Shown here one piece after another: positions 51,345 through 64,000 of a stretch of 64,000 nucleotides of DNA. Both the position numbers and the translations under genes were made by a program. Position 1 is the stretch's first letter. Each line of letters opens with the position of its first letter. Origin of the DNA: Phoronis australis (lineage: Eukaryota > Animalia > Phoronida). A model generated the notes under the pieces. The model ran no database searches and was not told the DNA's origin. It saw only the letters and a program-made list of their open reading frames with translations. Location of the stretch: assembly GCA_002633005.1 (NCBI GenBank), contig NMRA01000217.1:1-64000 (forward strand), in the 5' to 3' direction.

Positions 51345-53424
51345 CTGTAACTCTGTCGCTTGCCAATGCTGCACCGAATAGAGTGTGTCATACAAACGAC
51401 CTCTCTAGTGAAACTCTTCCCTGTTCGCTGGTCCCCTATAGTGTACGTGCCTCAGCTAGCACGCAGGTATCACGCAGTGGCACGCGCTTTAGCACTGGTT
51501 GATGTAACCTCAGCAATCATTGGTTAGCTTTACAACACCGTGAAAAAAATGGCGGACTGTGAACGATTTTTAGCCGTGTCATGCAAGTGGCGTTGAAGCA
51601 ACTATTTCGTTTCTGCAATGATGTTTAATAGCCGCGTGCTTGAAGCACATGCATGTACAATAGACACATATGTGGCCGATTTAAGCGGTGAATTATTAGT
51701 GTATGAATGCAGGACAGTATCGAAAACAAAAGTCATCGACAGAAGAATGATGCACTCCGAAAAGGCGCAATCACAATTTCTAGGACTCACATTTCCTGAA
51801 TATGAATTTTAAGCACCTATTTGTCTGATCACAATAAACTTCAGTTCATCAGTCATGCCAGTTTGTTTGCGTAAAGCGCTGTCTTTTGAGAATTCGACTA
51901 GCCAATCAAGAACGCCAGTGTAAAAAATTTCCCGAGGAAAATTAAGTGATACCTGTGTGCTGGCTACTGACCACCTAGCGGCACGCTGGGAACCAGCGAG
52001 TTCATCAATGTAGCCAGACGCGGCTACAGCCACAAATCACTGCTACAGTATTCAAAAATGTTGGCTTTGCTTTGCAGTTTTTGCAAACGGCGGTTGTCAA
52101 CTAACTAATTTGACGAAATGTGGAATGTACGACCTTCACAGTAGTCTAGATTATATGTTCTGTTCACGTTTCCTGCACAAGAATTAGCATACCAAAATTA
52201 AAGGAAATTGTCCATAAAAAGGACCACCTTTAAAATGGCGGTGACTTTCAAGCCTGTTTCCGGTTCTGCTACGTTAAGGTCGCGAAGGCCGATCTCGTTT
52301 CTAAATCAACCAATGTCATTAAAGTACAAAGAAGGTCATTAGGTTAACTGTTGACAGCTTTTCTCAAATCACAATATCAACTAATCGAAAGACATGTGCA
52401 TACACTGCCGATTTCTTTCATTAAATGACTTTTTCTGTTTTGGTTAGGAACTGGTACTGTGTTTTGCTTCATTCAGGCCTTGCAACTGCCACAGGTACGA
52501 TTTCATTTGCAATATTTGGAATGTGAAAAGAGACATAGCGTGCTCAAATTCTAATTTGTCACTACCACCACGAAAGCAACGTCTCGCCACCACAGAAAAA
52601 CCGACGAGCGACAATATCTGTTGACTTTTCACACTTAACAGTGGAGGACTACTAATTGCTCTGATTGCTTGTCTCAATGAAGTATGTATCGACCAATAAG
52701 TTCTCGTAGTTAGAAATCCCGCGGGTTTTCTAATTTGGCAAGTGACCTACTGGGGGGCTTGTTTGTGTTTTCGATGTGAAGTTGGTGATTTTAACACTTT
52801 CAACCACTGACTATGAATAAAGTCATCAAGATTCTTAGATCAACTTGAGCTGTTTTTAAATGCCCAGCTGATGTCGTTGCAATCCAATGTTTCATTCATT
52901 CAAATGCTTCATTAGTAGGCAACTCTATTGAAACCGACCGTTTATTAACTTCACTTATGCATAGGGGCTGGGGGGCTGTAGCCCCCACTTTTTTCAGTGC
53001 TACGCCGCACATGGTCTATAGGCTAAGCACCACAGGCGGCTGAGGGGGCATTAGCCCCCCCAATTTTTTCATTGCTGCGCCGCCCATGTTATGTATGATC
53101 CACAATTTCAGACCATCAGTGCCTTAGCGTTTGTTGCTTTAGCCCAGAACTACGACGACAAAGAAGAGTCGACGATAATTAAAGGCCTATGGTCCGTCAT
53201 TATAGAAGAAAAAAAAAACTCTTAACGCCGTCTTAGCTGGTTTTCAAGTTTGGTGTGACATGAACTTCAAAAAGTTATTAACTTTCAACACGTGCAAAAA
53301 TGAAAAAACATTGCTGATATACAGCAAACGAATGAAATGTTTACAAGAAATAAAAAGGATAGTCACTGTAATACATGTAAACAATACATGTATATGGGCA
53401 TGAGCTGTCTTACAACATCTCTGT

Positions 53425-54149
53425 GGCGCTTTTTATTGCCCATCTTACCAGAGATTACCTGTTATACTTATTTACCTGTATTCATTTTATTCTAATTGTA
53501 CTAGTCATAATAAATGACCTTATATCTCCTACATCAATCTCCTTTCATCTCTGGTAACGAGCTTGCGACGCACGTATCATTTATCTATTTTTCGGGACAT
53601 ATGTCGATCATAAATGGTATTTCACTCGTTAAATATATTTATGTGAGCATATGGACTCGCCTTACTCCTTTTCCCCCTCATCTTGGTCTATTCCATTATT
53701 CCCTCGTGCAGGACTACACGACGTTTTTCCAGCCTTCGCATTGGTCTGTTGTTATCACGTGCCTCGAGTTTGGTCAGCTCTTGGCTCTTATAGGCTGATG
53801 ATTGTCACGTGTCTTTAGGGGCGTTTTACTTTGTTATTGTAACCTCGCTTTCAATTCACTTTGTTCCGGCCACATAGTCGTACGTCAAAAACTCATTCAA
53901 TTTTCCCACCCTCTTCCTCCCAGTTTTCGTCATTCTCTCGTACTTCCACGTGGCCGGCGCTTTTTATTGCCCATCTTACCAGAGATTACCTGTTATACAT
54001 ACTTATTTACCTGTATTCATTTTATTGTAATTGTACTAGTCATAATAAATGACCTTATATCTCCTACATCAATCTCCTTTAATCTCTGGTAACGAGCTTG
54101 CGACGCACGTATCATTTATCTATTTTTCGGGACACATGTCGATCATAAA
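53425..54149 (+). repeat. Near-identical ~190-bp direct repeat pair (53425-53614 and 53956-54149) separated by ~340 bp
   Basis: ggcgctttttattgcccatcttaccagagattacc...tgtcgatcataaa occurs twice, with only a few differences. Confidence 0.9.
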
Positions 54150-56039
54150 ACAACGCTTTCGCAGCCGCAGAGGTTAACTGAAATACAAATGGCGGAGACT
54201 AGTAGTGTACGGCCGAAGGCGAAACGCGGTCGTCTTGCTCTACGAGATTCGGACAAAGACGAGTTAGTCAGTGCAAAAGGCGGCGTTGCCAATAAATCAT
54301 GTTATCTAAGCGACTCGTCACATTCACAAGGTGGGACACAATGAGGTCAAGATTGAAAGTTCGCGAACTCACGAGTATTTTGCAAGGCTGCCAACTCTCC
54401 CTCACCTGGCCATGCCAATAGCTTTACTAGACTTTAGAAAGCACATACTGTACATGTATCCCTGTTGGTCATAAAGAGTGATTAGCTTTGCTTTATTTTT
54501 TTTCCAGTTATGAGAATACTGAGCACCTACCCATGCAGCCGTAAGTTGATGGGTCTTATTCCATTAAATTTTAAAATAAAAATAGGTGTGCTAAGCTGAA
54601 GCTTATTCAGTTATTAATAGTCACTTTTTCTCTGTGTTTCTATCTTAGACTGTGCAGGCTAGAAGAAAACTGTTACATGCAGCCAGTATGGTCTAAGCCT
54701 ATTACTTGAACCCACAACCTCAGAACATTTGCCAATCAGTCGCATGATCGGAGTACAAATCTGTGACTTTTCATTTAAACCGCGTATAAGTATGAAACTG
54801 ATCTCTAATTTTTCCTTGACAAAAATAGGTGTAAATTTCAGGCTTGGAAATTTCTAGCGCTGTTACTACTTGTGACATATTGTTGTCATAGCATACCATT
54901 TCATTCACTTGACATAGTCTCAACCATAAAACCAAAAAATATTTTTCATCTGAATAAGGAGAAAGCTGAGAACAATTTTATACTGGTAAGTGGCTTTAAA
55001 CACTGAAAAGTTAAGTTGCGTTTATAGAATAGGGTTTTATAGTCACAGTAATTGTTTGCAAACAATGCAACTCTATCTTCTCTGAATGTTGGTTTTTTAT
55101 TGCTTACTGGTAGAAAATGATAGTATGAACCTTGTTAGAGCTTGATATAACAGTTTTGGGGTGGCTTGATATTCATGCAACGGGTGCTGAGTAGTAGACA
55201 TAACCATGTTGTCTTGGGTTCAATTTCCAGTTTTAGGGTTCTAGGATCCATGTAAAGCCTTAAGTGTTTTGCAATGGTCATCAGAAGTTATGATGCGATG
55301 AAGATTTATACCAAGAGTCAAATGGCAATACGTGCATTAGTTCTTACATCATATTTCTAACTTGCAAATTCTCACACTTGTTGATACTTGTATTCAGTCG
55401 GTGCCACTGGTACGGTTACCATTACTTTACACTGTATCTTTGGTTTCAGTGTTTCAGTACTCAATTATATTGTAACTTTTCACCATCTTTTACACGTACA
55501 GGCTACTAAGGAACTTCAGTGAGAAATCCAAGACGTATGCAGTCAAGGATAAAGAATGGTCTATACAGGCGTCCATAATTAGCAGATGCTTGCGAGAAGA
55601 ACAAGCCCTGCACAAACTTGACACGTGACTTCCAGGGGCCAACCAGTTTATTACCTTGAAGTCAATGGTGTTGCAATGGCAACCATTGTTAACTGATCTA
55701 TCTAAAGAAACTATCACTCATTCAGTGAACACTTGACACTATTTTTAAAGTTACTTTTGCACATTAGCTTGACGTGGATATAGACTGTAGTCAATATATC
55801 TAGACATGATTATATTTATCATGTTATCTGTTTACCCTACAGCGTATACGTCTCATGTTATTTTTATGTAGGCAAACCAATGATACTTGATCACTGTTTG
55901 CTTACATGCGACTCCAAAAACATTGATACAGTACCTGCAGTGTAATTAAAGTGTTCATGTAACTTGAGTATATCAAACCGCATCGTCTGCTTATGTTGAT
56001 CTATGTGCTGGTGGGAATTAACTACGTAATTAAAATAAA

Positions 56040-57491
56040 TAAAGACCAAAAATGGAGTAAAAATTCTGGGTTTCGATGTAAATGCTCTTTACCTTCGCAG
56101 CATCATGAGCGAGCAACAGATCTGACCGTTTATTCGTCGTAGGCAAGAAAAAAAATTCCAACGAGAATTTTCCCATCGTAAGGCGCGAAAGGCAACGGCT
56201 TGGTTGGATTACGTAGCGTGGCAACGAGGAATCAGTATTCGTCACCAGTTCAACGAGGTTGAAAAAGGGTGGGTCAGCGTTGTATTCCAGTGGACGGTTT
56301 CTGTCGTCAGTCGCACTAAGTGTTCCAATTCCTAGGATGTTACTGGCACGGCCACGACTGCCGTCTCACGATAAAAGGACGACGGAACTCCGAGGACGAG
56401 GAACGAAAACTCGAAACGTCGCCATGAGGGAGCTTATGGTAAACACCAGAAAAATTAGAGACTATATCATCGATCAAGGCTTCGATTACGGAGAGAGTTA
56501 GGAGTGCGAATTTGAGGATTTGAAACGGCAAGACGATACCCTGGGTTCCTTTCTCAGAAGACGAGAGATGTCCACGGAATATTTCTACAGCTTGACGAGC
56601 GAACAAATTAAGACAATCGTTCTAGACGGTACTCTGTTCGGGGTTGTGGAATATGACGTCGAAGTATATGAGAGAGCACTTTTCAGAAATGCAGCCTATA
56701 TTCAAGAATGTTGACATCACAAGAGACCACCTAGGAGACTTTATGCGGGAGTATGCCGAGAGAAACAAAATCATGAGCCGAACACGATGATCTCTGATGG
56801 GACGTTTCTTTGTCGAGAAAATTCTGTTGGCAACTTCGCTTCTGAAATGGTACTTGGAACACGTCCTGGAAATGACAAACGTCTGTCATCAAGTGGTCAA
56901 ATTTGCTCTTGTAAAATGCTTCGAGCGTTTTGGTGACCTACCGCTTCAAATAGGCTTCTTTGTCTATCAGTACGCGAAGTTGCGGATGTTGGAGTTTTAC
57001 TACAACTTCATGTTAAGATTCGTCGACAGAGCCGATTTCGAATATTGCTAGATGGACACGACTCGGCGTACGTGGCTATATCCGGTAGCTGTCTAGAGGA
57101 GCTTTCGAGAGGGAAAACATCTCTGGTTTCCGCGAAGTGACACGGAAGAAAACGAGGCCTACGACACGCGCACGCCTGGTTTATTGGAGTTGGAATTCGA
57201 AGGGGACTACTGCGTCGCGCTTTGGTGTAAAACGTATACGTGGGGACGGACGACGGTAAATCTCATTTTAGCTGTAAATGATAGCAACGGCAGAGAAATG
57301 AAATCGACAAGGCGAGGTTCTCAAAGTGTAACACACCACGAAGAGTAGGTAGGCCCTCAATAAACTTTAGCATATCGGTTAGGCGGCCGGCGATAACACT
57401 ATACCTGCAAGAGAGGTGCGCATTCACCTACTTTTATCCCAAAAGACAAGTGTACGACGACGGCGTCACAACTGGACCATTGAACATTTAA
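56040..57491 (+). pseudogene. Degenerate Polinton-type pPolB C-terminal part, right arm (inverted copy of 46841-48500)
   Basis: GFDVNALYL (motif A), the VDGF...YWHGHDC insertion, GTLFGVVEYDVEV, LPLQIGFFVYQYAKLRMLEFYY, a disrupted MDTDS motif and FYPKRQVYDDGVTTGPLNI-stop. The motif B region is deleted relative to the left arm. Confidence 0.9.
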
Positions 57492-58035
57492 TTCGGGACA
57501 TTTAATAATTTGCTAGTAGTAATTCAATACTTTTACGGATAATGGTGTCTTGATGATTTTTGTAGTGTATTCGAATTTACGTAGTCATTAATACACGTTT
57601 AAACAATATTAATTTCATGTTCAATTTTAGGTGGTAACATTTTAATATTAGTATTAGTAGTTTAGTACCGTCGGTACTTGGGTTAGACTTTACGCCACAC
57701 CTGTTGTTGAGTTAAGTGGTTATTTCCTTAGCGTCTTTTATTGATTATACGCCGCGTTATCTGTTCTTGAGAAATGAGAACAATATTCAACGACGACACG
57801 TGAGGCACGCGAAATAAGGTAATCCACCTTTTGTTTTTATTCAATAGGGTAATCCCTATTTTGTTTCCGCTCTCGATCAGTTTAACTGTACAAACACAAC
57901 ATATTCAACGTTATCTTTTCATCCGCGGACGGTGCCACACCCTCACTTACCTGATGACGTCAACAGTCACCGATGCGTGATTTCCAATTCAACCTTCCGG
58001 TTTACCGACGTCTTGCTCGTATCTCTGTGACCTTG

Positions 58036-58390
58036 GATCGAGGTGCCTCTATAACGGGTCTAATTAAACACTTTACGTAATGAGGTGTGACGTCATTAAC
58101 ACTTCTGTCCGGTAGGCGGATGACGTTCCTTCCGATTGCATCCATATCATGTGACCTTTGACCTTTCCTTTCGGATTGATGACCTTTGACCGAGGAGCCT
58201 CCCAACCGGGCCACGAAAGCATCGATGTGCCTCTCTAACGGGTCTGAGTACACCTATTACGTAATGAGGTGTGACGTCATTGACACTTTCCTCTGATAGG
58301 CGGATGATGTCCCTTCCGATTGTATCCATCCCATGTGAGCTTTGACCTTTCCTTTCGGATTTAAGACCTTTGACCGAGGAGCCTCCCAAA
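58036..58390. repeat. Two tandem ~184-bp subterminal units in the right Polinton terminus (a single copy at ~46170-46335 in the left terminus)
   Basis: gtgcctct at 58043 and 58227; both units contain tgacgtca and the tttgacctttcctttcggat...gacctttgaccgaggagcctccca block. Confidence 0.85.
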
Positions 58391-61300
58391 CAAAGCGCCA
58401 AAACCTTTTACTATATATACTACTGTGGAATCTGTGCATATGTGCAAAAGTGCGTCTTTTGAATGCGAAAGTATTCGTGTGGATTTATACAGAAAAGTGC
58501 GATATAATATAATTTTCTTGGAAAGCGGAACGAAGGGATAACTGATACAACTGCGTGATTTCTTAAAATTTTCCCGGTACTTGAAGTGGTCTAACACTAA
58601 GGCTGGTTCGGTTTTGAAGTCCATTTTTTCACATCTAAAATACTTTTAAGTGAGTTCTCGTGTTCTGCAACGGTTTACATGCACACTTCAAGTCTAGAAG
58701 AGTGGGATTTCGAGTCCTAGCAGACTTGTTTTTCTTCGACGCGCAATCGATGTATACTGTGTACGGTGTATTAAAAAAAACACATCTGGATATGAAAAAG
58801 ACTGAAATCTCATCTCGATATTTCGCATCTTAACAATCAACAAAAATGTTTAACAGCCAATTAACATCATTTTGCCCATGGCAAGGTGGGTATTAAGCCA
58901 AGGATATCTAATACGTAAAAAGCAAATTTGTTAGCATATACTTCAAGTGAATCTTAACAGTAAATAACAATATGCAAATACATCATAACTCCTCTGACTA
59001 TCGTAACGAAATGCTAGAAATCCCGCGGCCTCGACAAAAGTTACGCCCGCAATACCGGTTAAGACCAACGAATTGACATGCTCGGAACTTAGAATAAATT
59101 GTATAGTTAAATAACTTAATTATAATGCCAATATAATGGACGGAAATGACTTGAGCGAATTCATCTACGAATCTAAGTTAGGTGACGCAATGCTATTACA
59201 ATAGACGACGCTACTGAAAGTCAACACAAAACGAAGGAAAGCAATCAACAGTGCAATCTATCCATGTGATTGATTGTACAACTCGTTAAGACATTGACGT
59301 ATCGAAGGCATTTGGTATTCTTTCCGTCACAGATAATCGCACTGTGAGCTTCCAGATAACGGCGAACATGTCCTGTGGCTTGCGAAAGGACGGATGTCAA
59401 CCTAATCTCATCTTTCAGTTACAGATGACCGCCGTCCATCGCCGATGGACTGCTTCCTACCGTTAGCAATAGGTGGCAGTATATGCATATGGCTACTTCT
59501 TCGCTTTAGCAGCAGTTTTAGTTCTTTGTACTCGTCTAGCGTGTATTGCCGAGGAAGGACATTGGCTGGTTCCTGTTGAACAAATACATACAATGTATCA
59601 AATGTGAAGGCTCACTTATCTTTCCAATCTCATAACTATAACTCAAGGTCCACAACTCCTTAAAAATCTGCTAAATCAGAAAATGTCAGTTACAAACGCT
59701 TCGGGTGAGTTTCTGGACGACTGTGGGGAGAGCACGATAATCTCGAACGACTGAATCCTTTTTGGGGACACAGCGAGAAACATTGCTTTCATATTTCCAG
59801 GAATTAAGTAATAACTACACAACCGCCAAGTGACGGAGTCAATTTTGGGAAAATGATCACAATCGATATCTTTTTAAAGTACCTCAGTCGACAGTTGTTG
59901 GTAAAACTGAAACGACCACCACGGAACATAGAATACATTTTGTGTACGAGGAGAAATCCTGGAAACAAAGTTAGGCACTTTCAGGAAATAAAATTCAGTT
60001 TGCACTTTTGAGCGCTGTATTAAATAACCATACGAGGAGGAACTACATGCAGAGATACCTTAGCATTCGTTACAAAGGATGGATTTTGTTACCAGACTGT
60101 TCAAGCGGCTAGAGTTCAGCTTAAGAGGAAAGCCTTTGATTGAGTTCACTAGGTGCCGCTATAAAATTGGACCAACCTGTTCCTTACTCACATGAGATTT
60201 CTGGGTTTGCAAAGAACTGACTGTGCCCAGCGCCATCGCGTGAAGATTGATTTCAAGCAATACGAAACTGTCACTTCTTTTGAACCTTTGAACTGACATC
60301 ACCACCAATTTGACAAAGGGGTGATTTGAGAGCAATTTCATAGCAATAAGAGGTGCATATCATTTTCGGTGGGGGGGGGGGCGGCGACTCTATAGCCGCT
60401 ATACAATTATCCATTGTAAGCCTGTAAATCAATATATCTTTTTAAGTCCTGGACGAGTGTATAATCTGATTATGTGAAACAAAAATGTTCAAAACATCAA
60501 TATCGCATGGCCGCACTATTCTGAAAAATCGTAGTTTACGCATATTGCCATAAACTCGTGATTTTCGCACAAAACTTACAAGCACTATGCGAAAAACGTA
60601 ATAATTAGTGAAATGACTGACCTACGATCTATAAATCACATTTTGTTAAAAACGTTCCCATTTAATTACATGTAGTATCTGTGCGTTATTTTAGAGTCAA
60701 CGATGGAGTTTGTTTATCTCAAGGACTTAAAAAATACACAGTTTTCACAGGTTGATCCTTAGTAAGTTACCTGACGGTTTGAGAACTTCCGGTGTTCTAT
60801 ACGAAGTAAACGTGAACGAGAAGACAAGCAAAACGAGTGACCTTTTCAAAATGTAAATTCGCATATCAACATCAATGATCGAGTTTCGAGAACAAATTGG
60901 CATCAACATGGATTTATTGTGTATTACTAGGTGGTTAAATTCAAGCATAAGCATGAGTATCTAAGCACGCCCTCACAAAGAAGACTCGGGAACAGTTAAA
61001 GAAGCATCACTCCACACAAAGCATGATTGGATTACTAATCTACGTCTACGCTAACTAAAATGCACACTCGCCTTCCGAGAATTGTTTTGCACACATTTGT
61101 ATCACGCATGGACACCACAGGCATTAAGCATGCGCCGGAAATGAATCAGATTCAGCCAAGACCTGTGCAGAGTTCCGTAGACGCAAAAATCTGACGAAGA
61201 AAGTTGGAGTGATCGCCACGTTTTGCAATTGCAAAACATGGCGTTCTCGCAGTGCCTTTGCTCGAGGCTCTCGCGTCTACGTAACGAACGCATGGGTTGC

Positions 61301-63329
61301 CTTTTGAAGAGCCAGTATCTCGCGAGAAAAGTAAGTCTTAGCAAAAAATTCGACATGCATTACAATCGAAGCACTACATGTAGCGCGTGTCTTGCGTCAA
61401 CAGAACGCAACTCGGTTAGACAACAAATCTCTCGCGATCACCTCCGTTTAATCGCAGTCCAAACAATGCTTTGGCACAATTGTATAATAGAAACTTAATT
61501 TCTGCATGCATGAAAATGGGTTAAAACGAGCAATCATCTCACCAAATCCTAAATTTTACCAAGAAGAACGTAAATAAAATTGCAAACATTGGGGGCTGGA
61601 AAAAACACTGCGGTGTCTGAATGACATCGCGTACGGAATGCCAGTTGCAGTGCTCATGCTCGGATGCCTAAAAGGCGCTCAACATCGTCAAAACAAAACC
61701 GGACACATCACAAAAGAAACACTCGACTAAAACAGAACCTAATCTACACGTTAGTCATGCCAGACGTGTGGAAGTGAGCCTACTTTAACTCACCACGAGC
61801 GATTTTTCGGGAGTTTCTTCAGGTATCATAATGTTACCTGAGGCTGGCTTGGCACCTGGCCAGATACTGTAGCACCTTCAACACTTCTGAATGAGTGAGT
61901 CCCATCGCTCTCCGAAGTACCTGTTCAAGTAGTACGACATAGAGTTCATCAAACCATGCGCATGCGCATGCCAGAATAGCTGCACACCGGTATTCAAGTA
62001 CCGGTACTTATCGATAGTAATTATAAATTACCGATTTTCTTGTCAAACTTGGGTAAATTCGGTTTCATAAATCTTTAAATTGGCTATTTATAGTAACTGG
62101 TCTTCAGTCTGTTCTGAGAACGTGTGATCTGCCTTGTCTTCAAACACGACTTAGTCGAGTTAGGTGAATAACTTCCACAAGGCTTTATAAAATATCGTGT
62201 GACTGTATAAGAAATGGATATCAGACCGTATCGATAATTTTTACAGTGCGGGCATTCGTGAGTGCATGGAAACAATTTAAAGCAACATACAGAGACATCA
62301 GAAAACCTAATGTATTTGCCTGGAATGCGTGCAAGGTTAGTTGGAGCCCATGATTGCTCTTAAATACTTACTGTTGTGGCGCTCAGTAATCGGTTTTTCA
62401 GTCTCAAAATTCACTTTTGAGGGCTGTATTAAATTTTGTGGGAGAAAATCGATTACTTTTATCGACATACCTTAATGCAAATCAAAGCAGGGTTCCACCG
62501 CTAAAACCACTCGAAAGAATAAACATTTAAAAATCTCATCATGCCAAACTTTTGAAAACCTTTCACTACTTATATGTTTTAGAAAAGATCCTTGCTTACT
62601 TAAGCTTTCGCTAAATACTTGGGCAGTTGGAAAGTAATGTGTTGTGGTAAGTGAATTATCTTTGCCATAAGGAGACAGCATGTTATGGCCGACCATGCGT
62701 GAGCGCCACCGCACGCATTGATCACGACATGCACAGCAGATAACATGCATTCATTTCCTGCATGCGGGGTTCAGCTCAAAGATGCAACCGAGGAAAGCGG
62801 GGGAAATTGAAACGAGGTTGAGATCGTGACGATAAACTTACTCTTGTGAACATCCGACGAGAACGACACGGATGCGTGTGCTCTAGGTCCGTACCTGAAA
62901 CAAAAATAAATGGTCAACCAGAATGTAGGACAAACATGATTTCAGTCTCACAGCCTACAACGCGACATTTTCAAGGGTTGTTAGTAAAGTGTTTCACCAC
63001 GAAGCAATATGACTTTTTGAAATGGGATTCTGAAAACGAGACCTTCGTGTTCAATGACCAAGCGCTTGTACGTCAGTGCATACGCTTTTTAAAGTGTACA
63101 CAACATGACTCTAGTACCTCAAAATAAATTTTATTATTACATCTTACTTGATTTCAGTGCCTTTAGTCCACAGCTCATAAAGAAACACACAAAAATTGAA
63201 AAAATAATAATTATGTACAACGTCATAGGTTGAACCCAAGTCGTTCTCCGTACTGTTCGGATCAGAGACAAAGTGTATAGAGTGAAGAGAAAGCAAAGTA
63301 CATTTAGCGTCGAAAAGGTTCGTAGAGGG

Positions 63330-63525
63330 ATCAAAAGATGTGTTTCCGGAGGCTGCAGCAACAGCAGCCAAGCGGAGAACGTCTCGGTGTTCCGAAGGAC
63401 ACCAAAGTTGTGCAGAAGTGGCATCGCTTCGTGCGTCGAACGAGAGTGTGGGACGTCATCAAAGACCAAGCGATTCGGTCCGGGGCCACTCTGTGTTCTG
63501 CCCACTTTGAGGACTCGTGTTTCAA
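63330..63525 (+). pseudogene. Frameshifted THAP (C2CH zinc finger) domain, probably from a decayed DNA transposon (Kolobok- or P-like)
   Basis: KRCVSGGCSN...VSVF then, in another frame, PKDTKVVQKWHRFVRRTR...LCSAHFEDSCF: CxxxC, P, W and CxxHF in THAP order. Confidence 0.8.
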
Positions 63526-64000
63526 CTCCAGTCACAGGAGACGTTACGATGAAGGCCTGGTTCAATAAAGGACATTATTTATCATTCAGAAGCATCAGCT
63601 CTTAATTCAGGATCGTCTGTGATGAATGGGTTGACTCGCTGAGCCCGAGGCCGCTTCTCTTGATCCAGTTCGTAAGGCTCAAAGTAGAAAAGTACGTAGC
63701 CGAAAGCACATTAAACTTGTTCTCGCTTTCGTGCAACCTCATTTCCTCATCCTACACACCATTCCCGTACGTTTCTTCATAGTATTTGTTCAATTCTTGC
63801 TCATAATCGTCGTCGCTTTCAAATTCCCTGCTCTCCGCCATTGTTCAATGCTAGTCACTGATCTCTTGTGTTCAACCCATGACGTCACATGGCGGCAAAT
63901 GTGACAATTGGCAAAATTGAAAGAGAAATCAAAATTTCGAGCTAATTACACAAAATAAACATGGGTTTAGCTAAATTTTACGTCATACATTTAGTCTGTG

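Larger units (their letters stand above)
46138..58424. mobile_element. Polinton/Maverick-derived composite element: two inverted ~2.4-2.5 kb arms (terminus plus pPolB 3' part) around a ~7.3 kb core with an intact spliced gene
   Basis: Starts AGTAGTATAGTAAGAGGTTT and ends AAACCTTTTACTATATATACTACT. Flanks are GTGGAT (46132-46137) and GTGGAA (58425-58430). Arms 46138-~48500 and ~56040-58424 align as reverse complements. Confidence 0.75.

Overview
Eukaryotic (invertebrate animal-like) genomic DNA: AT-rich, with spliceosomal GT-AG introns and many MITEs and microsatellites. Most ORFs in the supplied track are spurious. Reading splice sites by hand gives five genes: (1) the 5' part of ZDHHC17/HIP14 (minus strand, runs off the left edge); (2) a complete 7-exon DCAF7/WDR68 (plus); (3) a complete 7-exon pancreatic-lipase-family gene with no lid and no PLAT domain (minus); (4) an intact 2-exon type II membrane SGNH/PC-esterase-like gene (minus); (5) a small spliced prepropeptide gene absent from the ORF track (signal peptide, RHKR, C-terminal Gly, possible 6-nt microexon). 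The most unusual structure is 46138-58424, a ~12.3 kb Polinton/Maverick-derived composite. It has AGTAGT...ACTACT ends and a 5/6-matching 6-bp flanking duplication (GTGGAT/GTGGAA). Its ~2.4-2.5 kb inverted arms both carry the same decayed C-terminal part of a protein-primed PolB, and they enclose the intact intron-containing SGNH gene, as expected for a gene-capturing non-autonomous Polinton. Also present: an L1/Tx1 3' remnant, a THAP pseudogene, a tRNA-derived SINE-like element and a phased array of CTCF-like motifs. Family assignments rest on motif recognition only; no searches were run.
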